A DNA stretch of 64,000 nucleotides from Octopus vulgaris (taxonomy: Eukaryota): positions 74,214,001 through 74,278,000 of the forward strand of contig OX597827.1 in assembly GCA_951406725.2 (NCBI GenBank), read 5' to 3'. The position numbers and the translations under genes were made by a program. Positions 38,731-51,610 of this stretch are shown one piece after another. Each line of letters starts with the position of its first letter. Within the stretch, counting starts at the first letter, position 1. The notes under the pieces are model-generated. The model saw only the letters and a program-made list of their open reading frames with translations. It searched no databases and was not told the DNA's origin.

Positions 38731-38970
38731 TTTTACTTTTTATCATATTAAACTTTTTAATACTTTTTGATAGTTATATATATTTAATAAGAAAACAAAT
38801 TAAATAAATAAACATTTATAAATATAAATTAATAATTTTAATTTTAAATTTAAATGATTTAAATTTTTAAATTTTATGTTTTATATATTTTGTATATTAT
38901 ATCAATTATTTTTATTTTTATATTTTGGTTTATGTTTTGATTTGCCTAATAGTAGTTTTATCTCTAATTC

Positions 38971-39001
<31 letters not shown>

Positions 39002-39013
39002 TAGAGAGAGAGA

Positions 39014-39159
39014 GGTTGTATACTGTCAACTTAACGTTGCAGTAAGGAGGGGGATTACACCACCGCTGTTTAGCCCTAGGAAGCATCGACGCTTTCTAGG
39101 GCTAAACAGCGGTGGTGTACCCCACCCTTACTGTCACGTTAAGTTGACAGTATACAACC
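39014..39159. repeat. 146-bp foldback palindrome (MITE-like), copy 1
   Basis: GGTTGTATACTGTCAACTTAACG...CGTTAAGTTGACAGTATACAACC, paired almost to the centre. Confidence 0.85.
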
Positions 39160-39227
39160 ACTCTATCGCCCCACCACCGTACATATCTCTATGAGATATT
39201 TAGAAATTTAATATTTCTGATATATGA

Positions 39228-39344
<117 letters not shown>

Positions 39345-39612
39345 ACCAAGTAAGTTAGAAGTTATGGATCCAACACACTAAGGGATAATATTTATCCAAT
39401 ATACTATTGGTATAATACCCAAATTCTTAATACACAAATGTTTTTAATTTATTCTATTAAACGGATGAAGGTAAAGAAATATTTTACCATTAATTTATAA
39501 TACAAATAAGAAAATGGAGAAACAATTTAGTTTGTTCATTAGCTTTCGGATATTAGAATGTTAGATTATTTATTCATTTAACAAAAATGAGAACCTTAAT
39601 AGCATACGTATA

Positions 39613-40294
39613 TCTCTTATTATAAAAGGCAGATTTTATCTGCCTCCCTTTGGGAGTTATAGAAATCTACAATATAGGATTTCTTCAATTACAATTTACC
39701 TAGCATTTTTAAGAGTAGAATGCATCGCGGCCAGGTCCAGTTTTTAAAATTTAAACTCCAATTAAGCAAAATTTACAGAAAACTCACATTCTGGTGTGTG
39801 TGTCAAATGCTTTTCTTAGTCTGGTTTACACCACACGCAAACGCACACACACAGTGTGCAACGAATAAAATGAAAGTAAATAGCGACAGAGTGATTTGAG
39901 GAAGACTAAACTAAAGTATTTAAACCACTACTCAAAAAATAAAAAAACACAGCAAACAGAAACAAATAAATACATAACCATTTACTCCTCACACAATTTC
40001 TTCAATTAGAATTTACCTAAGATTTTTCAGAGTACTTCAGTGGGTGATGCCATAAAAAATTTCTTTCAATTTTACCACCAATTAAGACAAAATTCGAGAA
40101 AACTCAATATTTTAACATATCACTCCGAAAGCATTGATGTACATGTGTGCGTGAGTGTGTGTGTGTGTCATTCCTCACACACACGCATACACATACATAT
40201 ACAACTACATACAACTACATACACATACAACAACATACAAACACGTGTGTGTTTGTTATTAGTAAAAAAGGCGCCAAAACTCAACTCACTTATC
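39613..40294 (+). mobile_element. Helitron-like 5' fragment
   Basis: Starts A|TCTCTTATTATAAAAGGCAG, resembling the TCTCTCTATATATAAACGGCAG 5' end at 26258; absent from the duplicate copy at 43072; no 3' CTRR found. Confidence 0.55.
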
Positions 40295-40403
40295 ATTTTT
40301 AAATTTTATGTTTTATATATTTTGTATATTATACAAATTATTTTTATTTTTATGTTTTGGTTTATGTTTTGATTTGCCTAATAGTACTTTTATCTCTAAT
40401 TTA

Positions 40404-40432
<29 letters not shown>

Positions 40433-40434
<2 letters not shown>

Positions 40435-42505
40435 ACGGGAAGCTTTATGAAAATAAACAAAAGACGAAGGCAGGTGGAAAACAAACGAACAATTGTATTA
40501 GTATGGCGCTCAGGAAATATAAATAAAACAAGTCTTTAACGTTTCGAGCCTACGCTCTTCAACAGAAAGATACACAGAGAGAGAAAAACAGAAAGAAGGA
40601 GAGAAAAAAAAATGCGTGCAGTAGCTAACGAATCAACATGGCGATCTGATTTCGGCCAGAGGTCAAAGATCAAACATGAGACGCGAGAGCGAAATAAGGG
40701 GAGATAATAGGGTTGATAAAAGGGTTGAGGGACCAGCTAAAAGTGCGTGGGAGGGGTCTGGATGTGTGTATGTATAGGGTTGGTGTATGTATTAGTATGT
40801 ATAAGGGTGTGTGTGTGTGTGTGTGTATGAGAGAGTATTAGTGCGTAAGATTGGTCTGGACGTGCGTATGTATGGGGTTGGTGTATGTATTAGTATGTAT
40901 TAGTATGTATTAGTATGTATTGGTATGTATAGGTGTGTGTGTGTGTGTGTGAGAGAGTATAAGTGCGTATGCGGGGTCTGGACGTGTGTATGTATAGGGT
41001 TGGTGTAAGTATTAGTATGTACTAGTATGTATTAGTACGTATTAGTATGTATTAGTTGGTGTGTGTATTAGTATGGCACATCATATGTGATGTGATGTGT
41101 AAAGTCATGTGGTGTAGTGAGGAGAAGAGGGGGAGGAGAAGGGGGAAGAGGAGACGATGGGGGAGAAGGAAGGTGAGGAGGGGGATGAAGGAGGAAAGAG
41201 GGAGAGGGGGAGAGAGAGAAGGGGAGAGAGGGAGTGAGGGAGCAGAGGGAAGGGAAGAGGGAGGGAGAAAGAGGGAAGAAGGGAAGGGGAGTAGGGGTGA
41301 AAGGATGAAGGACTGAAGAAGTAGGGGTCGGGGGGAGAAAGGATAGGTGAGGAGGGGGAGAGGGGGGTTAGATGAGGAGGGGGGAGAGTTGAGACCAAAT
41401 GGCGTATAAGAGCGAAGAGAGAAGATTAATTCCTGTTCACGGCGCAAACGGGAATCCGGATGGCCTCTGTGTAAGGACAAACCGAACACAGATAGGTGTT
41501 GCAAGGAGTGACCGGTGGAGCGGAAATGGCGTGAGACCGGTGTGTCGTTCGCAAGGTGGATGTCACGAAGGTGTTCCGCGAACCGGTCAGCCAAGCGGCG
41601 TCCCGTTTGTCCGATGTACAAGGAATTGCAGAGAGAGCAAGAGATGCAATAGATAATATTGCTGGAGGTGCAGGTGAAGGAGTGGATGATGGGATAGGGT
41701 CGATGGTGGGTGCTAGTGAGGCGGGTGGTGTTGGAGAGGTAAGGGCAAGTGCGGCAACGTGGGCGGGAGCAGGGGAACGAGCCGGGTTGGGAGGTAGGGT
41801 CAGGGAAGGAGCTATGGACCAAAAGGTCTCGAAGGTTGTGGGCTCGTTTGAAAGAGGGGAGGGGTCGGTTAGGGAAGAGGTGTGAAGTGGACGGGTCGGA
41901 CTGGAGATGACGGAAAGCTAGAAGAATGGTGCGTTGGAGACGTAGGGTCGTGGGGTGGTAAGTGAGGGGAAAAGGGAGGCGGGAGACTACAGGGCGGGTT
42001 CGGGGAGAGAGAGCAGATACACGGTCCACGGACCGTGCTCTGGCAAGGGCGGTGTGGATAGTGGTGAGGGGGTATCCACGTAGGGTGAAGTGGTGAGCCA
42101 TACGTTGAGACTGAGTCTCAAAGTCATGGTCGTCACTACAGAGCCTACGTAGACGGAGGAATTGGGAATAGGGGATGGAAAGCTTGGTGTGTTCTGGGTG
42201 GGAGGAAGAGAAGTTGAGGTATGAGTGTGAGTCTGTCTGTTTGTAGTGAATGGAGGTGGTAAGAGTGGAGTGAAGAATGCTAACCGAAATGTCGAGGAAG
42301 GAGACAGAGGTGTTGGAGATAGTGGAAGTGAAGTGGAGGGCTGGATGGAAAGATTGGACGAAAGAGAGGAAGGAATCTAGATGTTCGCGGGAGAGTGAGG
42401 TGGCACCGATAATGTCGTCAATATAACGACCATATAGTTCAGGAGTGGGACCAGTGAAATTAGAGAATATTTGGGCCTCAACATAGCCAACGAACAGGTT
42501 CGCAT

Positions 42506-42506
<1 letters not shown>
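40433..42506 (-). mobile_element. 5'-truncated Penelope-like element (RT C-terminus plus GIY-YIG), inserted in (TA)n
   Basis: Uninterrupted frame from 42506: YANLFVG, YGRYIDD, SFLD, SSSHP, CSRPRCRTC, IIYCISCSLCNSLYIGQTGRRLADRFAEH; 3' purine/pyrimidine tract, minisatellite and terminal region. Confidence 0.92.
40533..40570 (-). ncRNA. Minimal type I hammerhead-like motif in the Penelope 3' terminal region
   Basis: UCUUU CUGUUGA A GAGC-guag-GCUC GAAA CG UU AAAGA: 5-bp stem I, 4-bp stem II, palindromic stem III; core deviates at A6 (U). Confidence 0.6.
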
Positions 42507-42541
<35 letters not shown>

Positions 42542-42542
<1 letters not shown>

Positions 42543-42687
42543 TTGTATACTGTCAGCTTAACGTTGCAGTAAGGAGGGGGGATTACACCACCGCTGTTTA
42601 GCCCTAGGAAGCATCAACGCTTCCTAGAGCTAAACAGTGGTGGTGTACCTCACCCTTACTGTCACGTTAAGTTGACAGTATACAACC
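42542..42687. repeat. Foldback palindrome, copy 2
   Basis: Near-identical to 39014-39159, within the local duplication. Confidence 0.85.
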
Positions 42688-42747
42688 ACACTATCGCCCC
42701 ACCATCGTACATATCTCTATGAGATATTTAGAAATTTAATATTTCTG

Positions 42748-42782
<35 letters not shown>

Positions 42783-43699
42783 CTACCAAGTAAGTTAGGA
42801 GTTACGGATCCAGCACACTAAGGGATAATAATTATCCAATATACTGTTGGTATAATACCCAAATTGTTAATATACAAATGTTTTTAATTGCAATGCAATT
42901 AACTTATTTATTCTATTAAACGGGTGAATGTAAAGAAATATTTTACCATTAATTTATAATACAAATAAGAAAATGGAGAAACAATTTAGTTGGTTCATTA
43001 GCTTTCGGATATTAGAATGTTGAATTATTTATTCATTTAACAAAAATGAGAACCTCAATAGCATACGTATATACATTATAATTCAATACATATAAGATAA
43101 GAATATAATTATAAAAATCATAATATAAATTATTGTAATTATTAAAATCACTCCTGCCTAATCATTAAAATCACTCCTGCACACTGAACCCGCGACGCCC
43201 CAAATCGCGTCTGGAGCTCGGTGCGAGGAGGCGGCGGCGTGCTCGCGCGTCGTCCGTCGCTGCCGCCGACGCTTCCGCCGACCTTAGGCAGGAGTTGTTA
43301 CACTTGCTCGCGTTATCATAGCTTTTGAATAATGCTGCCTCATGCTGGCTGGGCTGGCAGACCAACATCCCCCTGAATAGAACACCAGTTTGCCGAAGGT
43401 TTATCCATTTACAGCTGAGTGAACTGGGATAACGACAAAGAAGAATTTTACTCTAGAACTCAACGCATCACTGGTCCGAGAATTGAAACACCGATTTTAC
43501 AATCATGGATGCAACACCCTAACCACCAGAACTTTCATCTCCCTCTCTCTAAGAAGAGAGAGAGAGAGAGAGACATTTTCAAATGCAAATTATGTATTTA
43601 TTTGAAATTTATATTTTTATAGGGAAAATTGTTGCAGTCTGTAACACAATTTCTGCTGAAAGTTATTATCAGGGTAAAAAGTTTGCTTCACAATCAGAT

Positions 43700-43815
43700 T
43701 TGTCAAGTCCTATTCCCTCGCGCCTTGGATAAGTCTTCTGCTATAACCCCGAGCCGACCAAAGTTTTCTGGTGTATTTAGCAAACGGAAACTGAAAGGAG
43801 CTTTTCGTGTGTAAC

Positions 43816-43854
<39 letters not shown>

Positions 43855-43990
43855 GGTCTCCCACAATATCTTGATGACCAGTGTTGGTTTACATTTGCAT
43901 AATAAGTAATGAGGTCGATTCATTCGACCAAATAAAACTTTTCAATACAGTGCCCCAGTATGGCCGCAGTCCAATGACTGAAGCAGAAAT
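43700..43990 (+). mobile_element. Older CORE-like SINE copy
   Basis: CCTTGGATAAGTCTTCTGCTATA...GGAAACTGAAAG...(TG)n...GCCGCAGTCCAATGACTGAA. Confidence 0.65.
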
Positions 43991-44956
43991 ATCTGTCATC
44001 TTTCGAACTTATTTCGTATAACAATTAATACATTCTTTTATTATTTGTTTATTTATATTTATATATATAAAATCTTTATCTTAAGTTGAAAATTATTTCA
44101 AACCGCACAAAAGATACAATTATTTTACTTTTTCATAAATTAATTCAATAACATGCCTTCTCTTTTAAAGGTCTGCCTTGAGTCAGTCTGAGAATCATTC
44201 TTATGCCTCTGAGCGTGTATGATAGTTCGTGTGTATGTAGATGTGTGGTTACTTACAATTCACTCATGCTCACGAACACAAAATCACAAATACAGGCAGA
44301 CATATGTGTGTATATATACACAACCACACAGATACACACACACACACACACACAAACACACACTTCGTTTATTCTCCCCTCCGCCTCTCTTATAAGCTAC
44401 TCCTCATCTACATGCACTCATACAAGCATACCTAAACACAGGCGTAGGAATAATTCTCAGACAGACTCAAGGGAGAAATTTAAAACAAAGGAAATGTCAT
44501 TGATGAGGTCAGGAATAGCAACGAAATCACCTTGACACACAAGCAAACGATTGCTTAACGAACACATAAAACAAACGATCGGTTAGTTAGTTTGTTACGT
44601 ATGTTTACTGGGGCAATGACCCTCCCAACACAAGATTCGTTTCCACACACGAATTCGAATCAAGAGTCTTGCAATCCGCATACAAAAATAAAGTATTTTA
44701 CAAAATACTTTTTAAAAAATTAATTCAATGTCAAGAGGCTTAGATGAAAAAAGTATCGTTTCAGTAATATGGTGTCTTTTGAAAATACGTTTTCTTAAAG
44801 TTTTTTCAATAAAAAAATTGTTTCGATGATAAGATGTGTGATAAATAGTCGTTTGATAATAGGTTTTGGTATCACTGATAATGCATGACATGAAATACCA
44901 CAAATACATTTGAATAAACAACTAGAAATCGCTCTTAATGTGAGAAATCAACATAC

Positions 44957-45100
44957 CAAGTAACTTAATACGATAAACTCCAGCTTTCCCATTAATATCC
45001 AATATAGAACTCTTTACGTCACCGGTACAAATTGTTCTATTTGCGTTGGGTTTTAGTTGGCATTCCATTCCTCTTGGATAGGTGACGTTCATTGCTGAAT
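44957..45100 (-). CDS. Host gene exon: second half of the diverged F5/8C-like domain
   Basis: ctctctAG acceptor, GTATG donor; 144 nt, phase 1-1; DSAMNVTYPRGMECQLKPNANRTICTGDVKSSILDINGKAGVYRIKLL. Confidence 0.75.
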
Positions 45101-46143
45101 CTAGAGAGAACAGAATATACAATATACATAAAAATAGGTCAGTAAATGTCAGGTTTAAGTAAACATAAAGACAACATATGTGTGTATGTATGGTGCGCGT
45201 GCGTCTGCGTGTATGTATGTATTTATTAAAGTAAATAGTATTGCTAGAAATAAGAGTCAAATCAACTCAATAGTCACACATACACATATATTTATATATA
45301 TGCATGGATACGTATGTATCCACATCAGTGTATATGTCACGAGATCTACTTCACAGCCCTTAACTGCTCCTTTAAAAACTACAAATCACCATCTTCATCA
45401 TCAACATCATTGTATCAGCTGCCTTTTAATATATATGGTATATTTAGCACCCTGTCAGCCAGATCCATGACTATATTTCGATACTAATTTGCAGTGATTT
45501 CATTTTTCTGACATTATCAATGCACTTGAGTAAGTATGACTCTTGCAGTGTCCTTTCTGCTAAATATTTTGGGCTTTTTATGTCTGCATAGAGAAAACTA
45601 TTAAATACCACCGACTATTTTTCTTAGACGTGCTCTGAAATCAGCCGACATTCGTGAAATTGATAAATATATTGATGAAAGGAAGAGAAGAGAGAGAGAG
45701 AGCAAATGGTAAGGAAAGGTGTACCTTTGCACTGAAATACTTGCACTATTAACATTATTTTAGGTGGCAAACTAGCATTCATTCCGGCGCTTTCCTCTTA
45801 AATTCTGGGGTCGATAAAATAAGAACCACCCTGCACTAATTCCAGTTTGGATTTTACACAAACTTGTAAGAATCTACGTATATACCACGTTGCCAATAAT
45901 TTCAGAGATTCTGCTCACTTGGAATGATCGTTATAAATTTTCTCATGAGCATTAAAAAACGTGCTCAGTCAACGTGAACCAATATTTTGATACGTTCATA
46001 AAATAATATTATATTGTCATTCAATTGATAATATCTGAATACTGTGTATTTAAAACGAATTAATTTCGATTTATTGTCATGAAAAATATAACCACAACAA
46101 TCATTATCAACAATATAATAGAATATGAAATGTTGTTTCTCAC

Positions 46144-46293
46144 CTCTAAAATTACTGTAAATTTCTACAGTACTAACTCTGTATGTGTTTCGGAAGTTTA
46201 TAACTATTCGGGGTTTCTTTACCTGTTTGTTATCAGAGGAAAATAAATAGGAATACGTGCTCGACTCGTTCTTTATGAATTCATGATATTTTC
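46144..46293 (-). CDS. Host gene exon: first half of a diverged F5/8C-like domain
   Basis: tatacAG acceptor, GTGAG donor; 150 nt open, phase 1-1; KYHEFIKNESSTYSYLFSSDNKQVKKPRIVINFRNTYRVSTVEIYSNFR. Not in the ORF track. Confidence 0.75.
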
Positions 46294-46870
46294 CTGTATA
46301 TAAAGAAATAAGTTTAGATTATTAAACTGAAAAATCGGAAAATGAATGCGAATAGCAACAAACGGGAACAAGTGTTCAGATAAGTAATGGTATATTTTAG
46401 AAACAAAAGAGATTTTTTACATTTGAATTACGACAAATATTAACACAAAGAAACTACAAGTTTTATTCTGATTATAGAAAGAGGTTACAAATATTGTAAA
46501 AATGTTCTTTTATTTTCCGAAGATGCAGCTGTATTAGTCCTGGTGTATATACTCGAAGGAACAGCCTCTATTCAGTTTATATTTACATTGTGAAAGAAAA
46601 TACAAAACAATCCTTCCATCACTATGTTATAGTGAAACATGTCGTGAGATTGTGAGATCTAATACTCTGAAGAAGGAAGGCGCTGAGCTGGGAGAAACGT
46701 TATCACGTCGAACAAAATGCCTAACAGCATTTCGTCTCCTAAAACGGTGAGGTAGTGGAACCGTTAGAACGGTGCGCACGAAGGGCTTAACGGTATTTCA
46801 TCCGTTTCTGAGTTCAATTTCCATTTTACTTTTCATCCAGTTGAGGTCGTTAAGCTATCAGTTGATCACT

Positions 46871-46958
46871 GAGATCAATAAAATCAACTTAGCCCCTCAC
46901 ACGAAATAGTTGCACCTGTGCCAGAATTTGAAACCTATATATTTATATAAAAATGAAA

Positions 46959-47022
<64 letters not shown>

Positions 47023-47635
47023 TGTATGTATGTATGTATTTATGTATGTATGTATGTATGTATGTATGTATGTATGTATGTATGTATGTATGTATGTATG
47101 TATGTATGTATGTTTGTATGTATGTATGTATGTATGTATGTATGTATGTATGTATGTATGTATGTATGTATGTATGTATGTATGTATGTATGTATGTATG
47201 TATGTATGAGATCAATATTATCAACTTCCCACGAAATAGTTGCACCTGTGCCAGAATTTGAAACCTATATATTTATATAAAAATGAAATGAATATATATA
47301 TATATATGTATGTATGTATGTATATGTATGTATGTATGTATATGTATGTATGTATGTATGTATGTATTTATGTATGTATGTATGTATGTATGTATGTATG
47401 TATGTTTGTATGTATGTATGTATGTATGTATGTATGTATGTATGTATGTATGTATTTATGTATGTATGTATGTATGTATTATGTATGTATGTATGTATGT
47501 ATGTATGTATGTATGTATGTATGTATGTATGTATGTATGTATGTATGTATGTATGAGATCAATATTATCAACTTCCCACGAAATAGTTGCACCTGTGCCA
47601 GAATTTGAAACCTATATATTTATATAAAAATGAAA

Positions 47636-47697
<62 letters not shown>

Positions 47698-47807
47698 TGT
47701 ATGTATGTATGTATGTATTTATGTATGTATGTATGTATGTATGTATGTATGTATGTTTGTATGTATGTATGTATGTATGTATGTGTATGTATGTGTGTGT
47801 ATGTATG

Positions 47808-47877
<70 letters not shown>

Positions 47878-47880
47878 CAT
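46871..47880. repeat. Three tandem units of about 340 bp (SINE tail plus (TA)n(TATG)n)
   Basis: GAGATCAAT...CACGAAATAGTTGCACCTGTGCCAGAATTTGAAACC recurs at about 46871, 47208 and 47555. Confidence 0.9.
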
Positions 47881-48329
47881 ATATGTACATACCTACATAT
47901 ACATGCAAATTTAGGTACAGGACATCAAAAAATCGTTCAACACAATGAGAAACTTTAACATAAAAACAAAAACAGAAAACGAACATTTTTTTCGAACAAC
48001 GAGAAAAACAAACAGAGAAACGAGACATGACTACGCGTAATTGATTGGTCAGCTGCAATATTTTGAGCTCTTTTCTTTTATTTTAGACTTACTCTTCTTG
48101 TCCTGTACTTTTTCAGGTTTAGTAAGTACTTAAGAATATTGTTAATCTTGCTCACATTTTTCAATTTAACATATGGCAAGAAAATAATTTCATTTTCCGC
48201 AAATAGTTACAATATTTTTTAAATGACTTTTGTGAATGTTATAATTTTCTCCTTTTGACATTTGATAGACGTTACTCTTAACTTACCTTAGATGCAAATT
48301 GCGCGTAATTTCGTTTCCAGCTGTTAGTT

Positions 48330-48550
48330 CAGTGCGAAAACGGACATTTTCGCCATATTTTGCTTTTTTAAAAGGCAAGAGAGCTACTGAGAAAGAAATG
48401 TACGAAGTTTATGGTGTTGAAGGCACGTCAGAATTTGTTTTTTCACCCAAAATTGATCAACGTTCTGGTCGACCTGCTGTGACGATAAAGACCGAATGAA
48501 AACCATAATTGAATCTGATAGTCATATAAATGTGCGAAAGATTTCAGAGA
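48330..48550 (+). mobile_element. Mariner transposase N-terminal fragment
   Basis: HFRHILL, KGKRATE, EVYG, DQRSGRP. Confidence 0.55.
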
Positions 48551-48849
48551 TTACATCGACCCCAGTACTCAACTAGTTCTTATTTCATCGTTCCCGAATC
48601 GGACGGTAAAATGTAAAGTAAACAACAGGGAAATTAGAATTCAGAAGGTGAAGTCGAAAGAAATATTGCTAAGCAATTTTGTCCAGTGCCCTGTCGATTC
48701 TACTTGGTTGCCGCCTTACAAAAACAACAACAACTGCAACAATAATAACGCTTTCAAATTTCGATAAAAAGGCCAGTAATTTCAGGAAGTTGTTAAGTCG
48801 ATTACATCGAGAATAATGATGGTGATGATGATAATCTCTTTATCAATCA

Positions 48850-49950
48850 CAAATAGTTGACAAAATCAACTAATTTGCTGAAAAGCAGCATTTTCTGCTC
48901 CCATTTTCCATGTTTAAGTGACAATGAAAAACTTGATATCGTCTTGGCCAAAAGCGAATCTCGTCCACCACATATTCTCTTCCACTAGAATTAGCAGGTA
49001 GATTAAAACATCCCGTCTTTCCCGGTCCAAGGTAAGGCATAATGATGATATTCACAATGAATTCAGATGATTACATAATCCACTTATAGTGACAGTAAGC
49101 CATGACTCCCACATAACTCCACGTATGAGCAATGCTCGGGACTCGACGAGTGCATCTAGAAAAGTTTCCGCGCTCTGCGCGCATCTCGAACAGGACAGCT
49201 GATATCGGGTTTTTAGAGTTTATCTCAAATTGGCAAATCATCCCCAGTCCTTCGGGACCACCGCCAAGTCATGGATTACTTGAAATTATACATTGCTCCC
49301 GGCCCGAAATTTCTTCGACCAGCAAATTATTTCTCCATCACAAATCTTCCCTAGAGCAGCAACGTGCAACTTCCATCTAACGTATTGCTCGACATGTAGA
49401 GGGTGTTGAGCACCTGATGATATTCCAGATGCCCATTGTCTTCCCTCGATTTTCGCTTGACGTAGAACTGCAGTTTTGCCAATAAAAAAACTGTAGAACA
49501 TAGTGACCACACTTGTTCAAAATCAAAAAAATTATTGATCACGTAGCCTCAGTGTTGGCCACCGTATCATTCTACATGACATGCCCTCTCCACTATATAC
49601 TATGTGCAAATAGCAAATGGATCATTTGTCCACTGGAAAACATTCTCTCCACAAAAAGCGGAAGAACAGTTATTTCACTCTTGTGAAACGTGAACTGATG
49701 CATGGAAAAATGTTCAGGCACGCTGCCCGACCTTTTAGAGATGGCTTCCTATAAATTATTTTATTCAATATCATAAATTTCACACAGAAATTTAGCCTTC
49801 AAGCGCATGAAGTTTGTTAATTGACTGGAAGATCCTCTTATAGATTCTCAGATGAGAGGTCGGTCATCCTCGAAGTAGACTTGTAAGGGGACTACCAGAT
49901 ATTTTTTCAGTTTGCTTAAGATTACAATAGGATATTTCTGTGAAACTGTG
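48850..49950 (-). mobile_element. Decayed L1/Tx1-like LINE ORF2 C-terminus
   Basis: CSRCAQSAETFLDALVES resembles the CxxC...ETxxHxxxxC knuckle, followed by the WSYV and NMWWTR motifs across frameshifts. Confidence 0.6.
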
Positions 49951-50399
49951 AGTACACATAAACTGCTGAAATATATATACTTAGGTGGTTATGGACTTCA
50001 AGGAGACCCAAACATGGCCGCCATCTACTAACCGGCAAATGCCTTACTGAATAAAAGACAATATATACCATATTTAAATTGAAATATTGTTTCATATAAT
50101 TATAAGTTTAATAATCTTCTTATTGAATTTGCGTATTTAGTTACAATTTGAGTATTGCTAAAGCTTTACATATGTACGTATTCATATTTAAACTTCGCGC
50201 ATAATGTATGGGAGTTAGTGAAGACAACATAGATGCCGTACTCTGTGTAAGGAAGACCCCTAAAAGACGTATCATGTTACAAAAGACACCATATTTCAAA
50301 GTATCAAAGTATACAAACGAAATCTTTAACGGGGTTTCTGTTGGAGGAAAGATGACAACTCTGTAGCGATTACTAACGCAAATACACTCATATGTGATA

Positions 50400-50930
50400 C
50401 TGATAGCGTTTACAATATTTAGCATGTACAAGCCAAAAATTTGAAGTTTGTATTCCTTGTGCGACGCTTTTTTACACCAGCAATTAGATGATATGTAATT
50501 TGTATACACATCTCTGGCTGGCAATAACAAGTCGTTTTGGAAGTTTTGGAATAACAAGTCGTTTCGCGACTTACGAATACAGGCCATTAAATCCTGACTG
50601 GATAATTATAAAGATGGGCCTCCTCACCGCTTGTCAAAGTATCTGTAATAGGACAAAAGTTTATTCTAGAGACTCACTACATTACGTTCAATGACAATGT
50701 TCGATACAAATCAGTGACCACGATGGGAACGAAAACAAACCCCATCTTCACAAATCTTGTTATAAAATATCTAAGGATTGTGATGTACCAAAAATTATTG
50801 CGAATATATAGACACTGTTTATTAAAATGTATACAAGAAACTTGAAAACACTTCCACGAAAGCGTCATTCTATGGAATGAAAATAGAGAGAAATTATAGA
50901 ATTTGGAACATTACCCAAAGGGGTTAGCAA
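50400..50930 (+). mobile_element. Decayed Penelope-like RT fragment
   Basis: ITFNDN...TTMGTKTNPIFTNL resembles the GTAMGTKxAPxYANL motif; probably continues after 51660. Confidence 0.55.
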
Positions 50931-50931
50931 A

Positions 50932-51076
<145 letters not shown>

Positions 51077-51084
51077 GCTAGCTA

Positions 51085-51610
51085 GCTCGTCGCCTAGGAC
51101 GTCCCAAGATTGTTTTCACACGTTTTCCCCATTCATCTCGATCTTCCATAATGGTCCTCAGTTCCTGTACCCCTTCAATACCAGTTTCATCCAGCAAGTT
51201 GTCGATATAGGTCGTCTTCCTCCTACCTCTCCTGGTTCTTCCTTCCGTTGGTTGCCAGAGCAATTTCATCGGTATGTCTGATGCAGTGTCGATCTAGCCT
51301 CATCCTTCTATGCTGTATCTTCAATGTTACTTTTGGTAGTCCCTGGTATAAGTCGGCGTTTGTTGTATGACTCTTCCAGGAGAAATTGAGTGTCACTCTA
51401 AGCATCCTCGTATAACATCCGTCCAGCTGCTTCTTCAGTGCTTTACTGAGCGTCCATGTTTCAACCCCATAACGAAGAACAGACTCCATTGTTGCCAGAA
51501 ACAACCTCACTTTCAATTTCCTTGCTAACTTTGAACTCCATACCCTTCTCAATTCATGGTATGCGCTCCAGGCAAGAGTTTTCCATGCTACGATATCTTT
51601 TTCAGTACTT
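51085..51610 (-). mobile_element. RTE LINE 3' part with (TAGA)n/(CAGA)n tail at 50933-51084
   Basis: LKVRLFLATMESVLRYGVETWTL...LDGCYTRMLR...RRGRRKTTYID. Confidence 0.85.

Noticed and set aside
46871-47880. CRISPR-like repeat-spacer array
   Set aside because: The spacers are microsatellites, the repeats are SINE tails, there are no cas genes and the context is eukaryotic.
48870-49542. Novel gene or endogenous viral fragment
   Set aside because: The frames contain stops, and the CxxC-ET knuckle and WWTR motifs fit an L1/Tx1 ORF2 remnant.
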